Source: Epiperipatus broadwayi (Eukaryota > Animalia > Onychophora). From it: 64,000 nucleotides of DNA. The notes beneath the pieces were generated by a model. It was not told where the DNA came from. It worked only from the letters and a program-made list of their open reading frames with translations, and made no database searches. Below, piece by piece: positions 54,617 to 64,000 of the stretch (the first letter of the stretch is position 1; every line of letters begins with the position of its first letter). The position numbers and the translations under genes are program-made. The DNA lies in NCBI GenBank assembly GCA_028023455.1, contig JAQFVV010000002.1, positions 22,568,001-22,632,000 on the forward strand, written 5' to 3'.

Positions 54617-54829
54617 CTAAAAAGAAAAATTACTATATTTGTTGTTTTTATAAAATATAATTTATTATGGGATAAAATATGAACTCTGAAAAGTTTTACT
54701 AATGACTTGTTCTCTCTTCAAATTGCCTGTAGTGCCATCTGTGAATCAATGCCTGTAGCAATTTAAGATGCTAGAATATCTGACTCGGGAATTATGACTT
54801 GAAATGTGAAAAAGTGTTTTGCTCCTTCA

Positions 54830-55200
54830 TCCATAATGAACAATGTGCTAAAATTGAGCAAAACTGCTACTGAAACTTTTGAAATGATGCAAATGGCAAC
54901 GAAACCATGAATTGGACGATCACTTTCAAGTAATTTGTGATAGTAGGAGAAGCATTAAAAATTATCTATGAAGATACAAAACATACCAGCACATTTCATA
55001 ACTAGAGATCCAGACACATTAGTAGTTTAAAATTTTTCTGATGAATAGCAAAACTACATTGCTATTATAACATATGCACTAATTTCTGCAAGCAGCATGG
55101 AGAGAGAAATGGTCACTTTTTAGTAGATTATGTTGTGTGCATGCAAACAATATAATCAACATCATTTTTAAAAAAAGTCTTTAACAACGAGATGATCTAT
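54830..55200 (+). mobile_element. Mariner-like transposase N-terminal remnant
   Basis: KLSKTATETFEMMQ...GNETM...SRRSIK helix-turn-helix region. Confidence 0.6.
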
Positions 55201-55570
55201 AAATAATAGAGAACAGATGTAACAAACAATTATTCAATAAAGAAATAGAGAATTTTTTTATCAATAATATAATCAATAAACAATAGGATGAAGAAAAATT
55301 TAAAAATATAGCAATGTTGAACATATAAAAGGGCATAATTATATGAATAAAGAAAATTAATAATGAGAAAAATATACAAAATTGATAATAATTGAAAAGA
55401 TAGACAAAAAATGAATAAGTGACAAGCTGTCATCTAGTATCATACATGGAGACTGATAGATACTTGAAAATGTAAAATTATGGAACTGAATAAAGCATTG
55501 TGAAGAGTATGGCAATTCAAATAATTCTTCTTACACTTTTTTCAGCAAAAACTTTTTCTTATTATTATTA

Positions 55571-55610
55571 CAGTTTCGACTATACCATGCAGTCTTCATC
55601 AGATCTACAA
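55571..55610 (-). ncRNA. Hammerhead-like core typical of a PLE 3' end
   Basis: CUGAUGA A GACU GCAUGGUAU AGUC GAAA CUGUA; stem I is poorly formed. Confidence 0.4.
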
Positions 55611-55799
55611 AATTCAAATACAGATAACAATATAACCATTACATAATACATTTCATATTTTATACAAATTTATCAATTCTCAAAATTTGTATAAAATATG
55701 AAATAAAGGAAAAGGAAGAAGAAAAGTGTTTAGAAGGATTATATATAGATTATAAAGAGTGCGTATAAGGAGTATAATTTTTAAAAAGATTCAATACAT

Positions 55800-56070
55800 T
55801 TAAAATCAGCCTGTCAAGCTATTGTGCATGTGCTTTTTATGAGTGTTAATAATAAATGAATACTTTCATTCCCAACACGAGATATAGTATTTATGAAAGA
55901 AAAAAAATGAATCCACTTATTCTTTCCAACCCAAATGCTTATATATGGGCAAATCTTAAGTACTGGAAATGAAAGCATGAGGATAGATCACTCACTTTAA
56001 ATTACTGTTTACGATATCTGAATGAATGTATTACAATTATAAACATAGCACTATATAAAATAAATGCTTA
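55800..56070 (-). mobile_element. Older family D1 copy
   Basis: ataaatgaatactttca...caacccaaat...atgggcaaatcttaag...tcactttaaattac. Confidence 0.7.
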
Positions 56071-56889
56071 TTTAAAAAGATTTGGGTAAAATGAAGACTA
56101 GATAAACACAGTGAAATGATAAGACACCAATTGAATTTCTGAGATACAATAAAACAACTTGAATGAATTAGATATCATTTGTAAGATAATTTATGATTCA
56201 GGCTTTTTAATCATGATTTCATTAGAAGAAACAGCCTAGTATAATTAAGTAGAATTTTTATTACAATTTGCACAATCTTTTATACTGCCAAAAAATGTTG
56301 ACAATCTGGAATTCTAAGACATTATACATATTTATATTTGATCTTTCTTATATAAAAAAAATTAATAAAATTCTTTTCTTCCTTTTTTTTTTTGAAATCT
56401 TATTTTCATGAACCCATATATATTCCAAAACATTTTACTCATGTTTCCAGTGTTTCAACTACTTCCTTGTAGTCATTATCAAGGATCTACATATATACAT
56501 TATTGTTGTAAGTATATATTTTTAAACTCACAATAACATTTCTTTAGCATCTACATATATGTATATTACTTACCCCCCCCACCTCTTTATATTTTTAAAC
56601 CAGTTTTTTATTACATCATACACAAATGTATGAAAGCTTTACAACCTCAGCAATACCAACAATTTCTTATATATTACTATTTATATAAATAATACAAATT
56701 ATTATAATTATAATCATTATTTAATCATTTGATCTATTTAAAACTGGTTTTTCTTTGTTAATATATAAACTTTCTTTTATTATTATTTCCTTATATAATT
56801 TAACTAGAAAAGGTAAAAAAGGAAAAAGCATCATGAGAAGTGAGAATTATTAGTAAAAGATATGTAAAAAAGAGAGTATATTACTCTCT

Positions 56890-57545
56890 AAATAGTCAAA
56901 ATAAGAGTCATAGATCACATGACCCTGTCTCTTAAGCTTGTAAGTTATAAACAATGAGGATTGCCAATTCCTCTACAAGGTTTATGATAAATGCTTAGCC
57001 AGAGCCAGAACTTAAAATATCTCTGTCAGGAACCCCCCCCCCCCAAACCCCTGACCATGGTGTCATGCTTTGGCATTCCTCAGAGAGGTGTCAGGGTATG
57101 TTCAGACACTAGATCTAAAAATACCAACCCAAAGCCAAGCACTTATCTAAAAGTTATCTATTGAGTGGAAAATCTGAAATTTTCAGACATCTACATATCT
57201 TCAAACCCAGCTATCCAACTCAAATAGCTATATGGAGCTGGTATGGCTGAAGATCTATCAGCCCCATATAGCTATTTGAGTTGGATAGCTGGATTTGAAG
57301 ACATGTAGATGTCTGAAAATTTCAGATTTTCCACTCAATAGATAACTTTTAGATAAGTGCTTGGCTTTGGGTTGGTATTTTTAGATCTAATGTCTGAACC
57401 TACCCTGACACTTCTCTGAGGAATGCCAAAGCACAAAACCATGGTCAGGGGTTTGGGGGGTTCCTGATAGAGATATTTTAAGTGCTGGCTCTGGCTAAGC
57501 ATTTATCCTAAAGCTTGTAGAGGAGTTGGCAATCCTCATTGTTTA
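56890..57545. mobile_element. Family C ~650 bp near-perfect fold-back with two hammerhead motifs
   Basis: Motifs at 57047-57089 (-) and 57410-57452 (+); centre about 57245; tailed left end. Confidence 0.9.
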
Positions 57546-59310
57546 TATTACTCTCTATTTCATTAATCTTAAAAATATATTTAATAGACTTTCTTAAATA
57601 TTTTTAAAAAGAAAGATAAATATTGGAAGATGTTACATATTTTTATAAAATATATAGATAAAAAAAGTATAAGAATGTTTTTTATCTACTATTATTTTTA
57701 TTGTTTAACAATTGATTAAAGTAATGATGGCAATAATCATAAAATCCAAACCTGACTAAATCAAAAGTTTTATATACACAAGCAATATTTAAAAATCAAT
57801 ATTAAATAGCACAAATAATTAAAGGCAAATTACAAGGTAAAGGACCAAAATATCAAATACAATATTGTAATGCTGTTATCGGAAATCAATAAGTGAAAGG
57901 ATTAAAAAAAAAAAGGAAATTAAGAAAGAAAATAGGTTAAAATTAATTATATTGAATGTCATGCCAAAGGGCAAAAGTTCACTATAAAACGTCTTTTTCT
58001 TATCTTTTTTTAGATATGCTGAGAAAAACTATTTATAATGACAGCTGGCCACAAATGATAGTTGAATTAATTATCTCACGAATATCAATCTGGTCATTTT
58101 TCATATTTATTTATGTCTGTTCACATATAATAATTTTAAAATTAAATACCATAAAATTGACATAAACTTCTATCAATCTATAAATGGCATTCACCAGAAT
58201 ATCCTGTTGTTTTTCACAATCCTCAATGGCGAACTCATTATTGTGATGAAGTTTGTCCATCTCACTGCTAGTTAATTTTCTTTCATATCAATTTTTCCAA
58301 CAAATACACTTTTCTAATTTGTTAGATAGCTTACAATATGACATAATACATATTAATTCATTCTCTTTCTATATATGTACTTCTAATTAAACTGAAGGCA
58401 AAAAAGTTATACGTTACTAGAAAATAATGTATTTAGCCTAAGATTGTCGATAATAATTGATAGTTTCCAAGCAATATTAAAGGTAAATATTGATTTAATT
58501 ATTTACAAAAAAATAATCCCACACTTTGCTTTGTTTACATATATATATATGCATTATCCATTGGACTTTCAAATAGGTTTAATAGTCTAAAATACCCACT
58601 GCTAGATGTAATTGATTATTTCCCTCTTTATACAAAATTTTACCCTTTTTCTTCCCTTTAACAATTCTTTATATCAAGGATACCCAAGATCGCAAAGCAT
58701 TTTTGTGTAAAAAATTTCACAATGAAACTTTTAAATTAAAGAAAATTAAATCTATCAAAGTAATGCATATATATATTAAGTAATCAAATGGAATACTGTT
58801 TGTAAGTTTGTTAGAAATTTGAGCATTGGAAATGGCCATTTGGTCATTCCAAAATATGCCATTCTCCACCATACCAAACCATGCAGGGATAATACATATA
58901 TTTATTAAAACAGATTATTTATTTTCAAATTAATGATTGTAAACAAATCTTTGATAAATGAAAAGAAGTGACTTTAGTTTCACCACAACTGATACTTAAA
59001 AAAATATTAAAGGTTTACTGCGTAGATATAATGCATTTTATATTGTTTCAATTATTTTCAACAATGAACCTTTAATATTTTTTCAAATTTCTATTATGAT
59101 AGATTTTGATTCAGTCTCCAAACTAAAATATAAAGGGCTGAATAAAAGTGAAACTGCTCTTTAAAAAATATTCACCTTGGTGCAAAATTCAGTATCAAAA
59201 TTCATTGCAAATGCTGTGACTCAAGATTTGAATAAGAGAGTATTATATTCGACAGATAGTCAAATAAAGGTGTGTTGTCCTCTCAAGGCAGATGATAAAT
59301 CATCTTGTAT

Positions 59311-59610
59311 AATCAATGAGGATTGCCAATTCCTCAACAAGCTGTGATAAATGCTTACCCAGACCCAGCATTTAAAATATCTCTGTCAGGACCCCCCCCC
59401 AAACCTCTGACCATGGTTTCGTGCTTTGGCACTCCTCAGAGATGTGCTAGGATAGGTTCAGACACTAGGTTTGGGGGGGGGTCCTGACAAAGATATTTTA
59501 AATGATGGCTCTGGCTAAGCATTTATCACAAAGCTTGTTGAGGAATTGTCAATCCTCAATGATTATATCTTACAAACTTAAGAGAATTGGGTCATGTGAT
59601 CTATGACTCT
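59311..59610. mobile_element. Family C fold-back with an intact hammerhead core
   Basis: Short left end, tailed right end; motif at 59403-59445 (-). Confidence 0.9.
59403..59445 (-). ncRNA. Minimal type I hammerhead ribozyme motif, canonical core
   Basis: ACAUCU CUGAGGA GUGC CAAA GCAC GAAA CCAUGG UC^AGAGGU: all core nucleotides present, 4 bp stem II, palindromic stem III, GUC cleavage triplet. Confidence 0.85.
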
Positions 59611-60289
59611 GATCATCTTGTATGATTTGCTGTTGTTGCCATAATGATGTAATTCAATAATTTATGCAATATATTGACTAATGCAGATGGACATAAATGT
59701 AATTCACCAATAATTAACCTCTTTACATGTCCTAATGATGGAAAGTAGCTACCCTTTGATGAGTGTAAATTATATACTGCTTGCAATTTTTTTTTAAATC
59801 TATAGACCATTGCTGCTAATCCTGATCAGTTTTCTATATAGTTATTACTTTTTTCCAACAAAAACAATTTCAGTAATTATTTATTTATTATTATATTGAT
59901 ATTAAGTTCATCATTTTAATAAAATGTGAGACAAATAACTAATGCTAAATATTAATTAATATATATATCAAAATTTTTGAAATGAATATAAACATAGAAA
60001 TAAAAAAAGACAATTTTTATTTACATTTTCAGAAGTCTATACTCATGTGGGGGGGGGACACAATATTCAGAAGCATCTTAAATTTGGCTTTATCACCTAT
60101 ATTGGTTAGAGTGAATGACTATAGAGAGCTTGAACGTCTGGGTTCAAATCCTCTTTAATTAATCAATAATAGCTTTGTATTTTGTGCAGTAATTGTTCTC
60201 AATTCTGAATCTATAAAATGTTCAAATCTCAAATATCACTTAAATATAAAGTGTTCAGAACCTATTAAAAGAAATGTGGTTCTTTAAAT

Positions 60290-61250
60290 GCCATAAAAAT
60301 GGTTAATCATACAGGATCTTTTTCAGCTTCAGAGCGCAGCAGCAAATAAGTATCATAAGAAGTCACACTGAAAATTGCAAATACCAAATTTAAAAAAAAT
60401 TAGATTAGTGAAGAAACAGTCAAATCCTGCATGTTGAAAATGATGAAGATGAGATAAATATCTCTGCCCAATAACTACTCAGAGCTACATTTAAGATACA
60501 TCCATAAATACCAAAAAGCATGTTTTGAATAAAATGTATAAATGGAGCACCATTTACGCTACAGTCACAGTCCAAAAGCTTATTCCTCAAGCAAAGAGCA
60601 TTTTTATTCTCTTGACAGTAAGAGTCTTCAAGTTCATCTATAAGAACTACTGGATTCATCGACCGAAACAGTGAACTTCATCAAGCCTGGTATTCCCATC
60701 ATCTTCTTATTTAGAGAACTTTGTAAAGATATGAATTCTGGTGGTTCTTCTTTTCTATATTGCTACATGCTGCTTATTAAAAAAGTGTTGCCAAACATAT
60801 CTTTTGAGTTAAAGATGAAATCAATTGTCCATGGAAATGCAAGAGAAACATGATCTTGTGGCTTAGTTTGATGATAAAGCTTAGAAGAATTATTTTCTAA
60901 TCAGCAGAATTTTGAAACTTCGGGAAAGTGAAAACACATGTTAACACATTTTAAGACAATCTTCAGGTATTTGTATCCAAGTTGCAATAGTGGCTGGCAC
61001 AAGAAAGTAAATTTTGAAAAGATTCTCATGTTTTAAAAACATTGAATTTGAAAGAGAATGGCTGAGAATCTGAAGAAATAAATTACTGTGCACCTTAAAT
61101 CCCTTTAAAAATGAATTTCAGCAATTCTTTACTGAACTTGTAGAAAAAGTTGGTGCTGTGGCAGAAATTTCATTATCTTCTTTGAAAGTTCCAGATTTTT
61201 GGTGAAATATAAGGTGAATTCTTGGGTTTATAGAACAATTTCTCAACATA
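60290..61250 (+). mobile_element. hAT (Charlie/Buster-like) transposase remnant
   Basis: VNFIK...LFRELCKDMNS..SFLY...KKVL...FELK and PDFW motifs; many stops. Confidence 0.7.
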
Positions 61251-61273
61251 TAATTTGTTTTATTAAAAATGGG

Positions 61274-61441
61274 GGCTGCAGAAAGGAGTTTGCTATTAAC
61301 TGAAAGGAGACCCTTTGATTCCTCTTGAAGACCTTAAAGGAACTGAGCAGGGCAAATTCCTAATGTCCATTCCATATGTTCTTGTCGTTGCAGCTGTTAT
61401 TACTATATGATTATTCATATAGTATACGAACATGGATGGGC
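61274..61441 (+). ncRNA. HDV/CPEB3-like ribozyme fold at the 5' end of the RTE element
   Basis: P1 GGCUGCA/UGCAGCU with G1-U wobble; P2 GUCCA(U)UCCAU/AUGGAUGGGC; P3 AUG/CGU; L3 UUCUUGU; GU after P1; P4 10 bp hairpin; J4/2 CGAA (catalytic C at 61427). Confidence 0.8.
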
Positions 61442-64000
61442 TGCTCACCAACACGCATTAGCCAGTGTGGTGAGTTTATTGGCTTTTTACCTCTGAGTTT
61501 AAGATCAAGAAACACCATGGTCTTCCTTCTCAGTGCCTGATAAGGCAGAATGAATGTTTGTGTAAATGATAAATATTTTTCCATACATATATACAATTAT
61601 GACAGACAAAAATAAAGCATGGCCCTTATTCCCAGGAGGCTGTAAAGTCACCAACCAAGGCAGCGGTTGGTGGCCGAAGGCGGAGGGCGCTAAGAATCCC
61701 CTGATTGTGGACCCAGGCTGCCATTTGATGACAACTTTTTATTTAGGTACTTACAACTGCAGATCACTTTCAAGTGAAGGAAGATTGCAAGAATTAGAAG
61801 AAGAATTGTCTTATATTAAATGGGACATTATTGGACTTTGTGAAGTTAGAAGAAAAGGTGAAGAAACAATTGATTTAAAAAGTGGACATATACTCTATTA
61901 TAAAGGCACACATATTGGAAATACAAGTGGAGTAGGATTCATTATAAATAAAAAGTGAAAGAACAATATTGTGGAGATTGATGGTGTATTGGACAGAGTT
62001 GCAAGATTAGTTATACAACTTAATAGCAGATACCAAATGCAGATAATTCAGGTTTAGGCCCCAACAAGTTCTCATAGTGATGAAGTAGTAGAAGATTTTT
62101 ATATGGATGTACAAAAGGCTTTTGATCAGAGTAAACAACATTTTAAAATTGTTATGGGAGACTTTAATGCTAGAATTGGTAGACAAATGAAAGATGAAAT
62201 TGCTGTAGGTAATTTTGGTTATGGTAATAGAAATGAGAGAGGACATAGACTTGTGGAGTTTGCAGAAAAAGAAAAACTTTATATTAGGAATTTATTTTTT
62301 GAAAAAAATGTTAAAAGAAAATGGACATGGAAGCATCCAAATGAAGGTACAGCAGAATTGGATTATATTTTGACTAACAGCAAATACATATTTCAAGATT
62401 GTAATGTTCTTAATAAATTTAACACAGGAAGTGATCATCGATTAGTAAGGTGTAAGTTACGTGTTAATGTAAAACTAGAGAGACAAAAATTATTGAGAAA
62501 AACAATATTTACAGTTGATATTCCTAATCTTCAGAAACATTCTAATGAATTTAAATTAGAACTTACAAATAGGTTTCAAGTGTTAGGAGATTTTGAACAT
62601 GATTCAGATTTGAATGAAATTAATATGAAAATAACTGATACACTTTTAAAAACTGCAACAAAGATAGCTGGTAGAAAAAAGCAGCAATTGACTAATAAAA
62701 TTTCTACTGAGACTAGAGAATTTATGAAGAAAAGAAGGAATATGAAGATATACAAAAATGATGTATTAAAAAGAATTGAATATCTCGAATTTTGTAAAAT
62801 GGTATGGACAAGAGTTGAAAATGATATAAGAAAGTATAACTGTGAAATAGCAAGGAAAGCTGTAGAAGAAAATAAAAGTCTCAAGAATGTTAAACAACAT
62901 TTTGGTATTGGTAGGAAATTATATCTGCAATAAGAAAAAAAGATGGAATTATTACTAAAAAGAGAGATGACATCATGAAATTGGTAGAAGATTTTTATCA
63001 AGAATTATATAGTAATAAAGAACAAGTAACTCCTATATCTATTACATCTTCTGAATTGCCCAGAATTTTAAATGAAGAAGTCAGACATGCAATTAAATGT
63101 ATGAAGAAAGGAAAGGCTCCAGGAAATGATGGAATTATAATTGATATATTAAAAGAAGGAGGTGAAGAAATAGAAACAATTTTAGCAAAGTTATATACCA
63201 AATGTCTAAATGATAAAGATGTACCAGAAGATTGGAAGAATGCAGTAATAATATTAATATTTAAAAAAGTTGATAAAAAGATATTAGAAATTACAGACCT
63301 ATCAGCCTTTTATCAGTTTTATATAAAATTTTTACCAAGATAATTACAACTCGTCTACAGAGAACTTTGGATTTCCACCAACCAAAAGAACAAGCTGGAT
63401 TTAAAAGGGGTTTTAGTACAATAGATCATATCCAGGTATTGAGAGAAGTCATAGAAAGAACAAATGAATATGAGTTGTCATTATGTTTTGGATTTGTAGA
63501 TTATGAAAAGGCATTCGATTCTATACACATTTCTTCAGTGATTAAAGCATTGGATCATCAAGGTATAGATCCAGGATATTGTCATATTTTAAAGAATATT
63601 TATAAAAATGCAACAGCAACAATTAGATTACATAATGATACTGGAAAAATCAACATTGAGAAAGGTGTAAGGCAAGGTGACTCCATATCTCCAAAACTAT
63701 TTACAGCAGTGCTGCAAGAAGTATTTTGTGGATTAAAATGGGAAACTAAAGGAATGAAAGTAAATGGAGAGTATTTAAGTCATTTAGATTTTGCAGATGA
63801 TGTAGTTGTTTTTGCAAATAATGCTTCAGAGCTGCAGGAAATGTTGCAGGAGTTATCAGATGAAAGTAGAAAAATAGGACTAAAGATAAATGTTAAAAAG
63901 ACTAAAGTAATGTTTAATCGATTTGCTCAAAATATGAAAATAAAGATTGATTATGAAGAATTAGAAGAAGTTAACAGTTACAAATACCTAGGTCAGATTA
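61274..64000 (+). mobile_element. Near full-length RTE-clade LINE (APE-RT), lightly decayed, runs off the window
   Basis: ATG at 61728; LGTYNCRSL, IIGLCEVRR, VMGDFNARIG, GSDHRLV, KAPGNDGI, EQAGF, VDYEKAFDS, VRQGDSISPKLF, FADD; stops at about 61957 and 62056 plus frameshifts. Confidence 0.95.

Noticed and set aside
58149-58260. MDKLHHNNEF...VYVNFM as an upstream C2orf81 exon
   Set aside because: Only faint similarity, no polypyrimidine acceptor, and no intervening exon found to link it to 54616.
18753-59610. Repeated families as CRISPR arrays or classical MITEs
   Set aside because: No regularly spaced short repeats with spacers; ends are asymmetric and internal lengths vary, unlike MITEs.
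61640-61680. Hairpin GUCACCAACC/GGUUGGUGGC flanked by CUGUAAA and CGAAG as a hammerhead
   Set aside because: Core deviates at several invariant positions and stems I and III do not form; the RTE already has an HDV-like fold upstream.

Overview
AT-rich (roughly 70% by eye) eukaryotic DNA, most likely from an invertebrate animal, with visible CpG decay in repeats. Seven minus-strand exons with canonical GT-AG boundaries (54616 down to 11054) splice into one open frame resembling the uncharacterised protein C2orf81. The introns (up to about 14 kb) are packed with mobile-element debris: RTE LINEs, Ty3/Gypsy remnants, a tandem non-autonomous LTR element, hAT and mariner remnants, a tRNA-like SINE and Penelope-like (PLE) RT remnants. 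The most striking signal is a set of related non-coding repeats. Three families (A, B, C; monomer about 430-460 nt where measurable) carry one minimal type I hammerhead ribozyme motif per monomer, about 17 motifs in total, with one catalytically intact core at 59403-59445. They insert as head-to-tail partial tandems plus an inverted arm that lacks a fixed 35-60 nt 3' tail. This fits retrozyme-like RNAs mobilised by Penelope-like elements. A parallel group (D1/D2, 320-335 nt monomer) has the same architecture but a different conserved RNA fold instead of a hammerhead. The near full-length RTE element starts with a CPEB3/HDV-like ribozyme fold (61274-61441). All structures were folded by eye and none has been tested.
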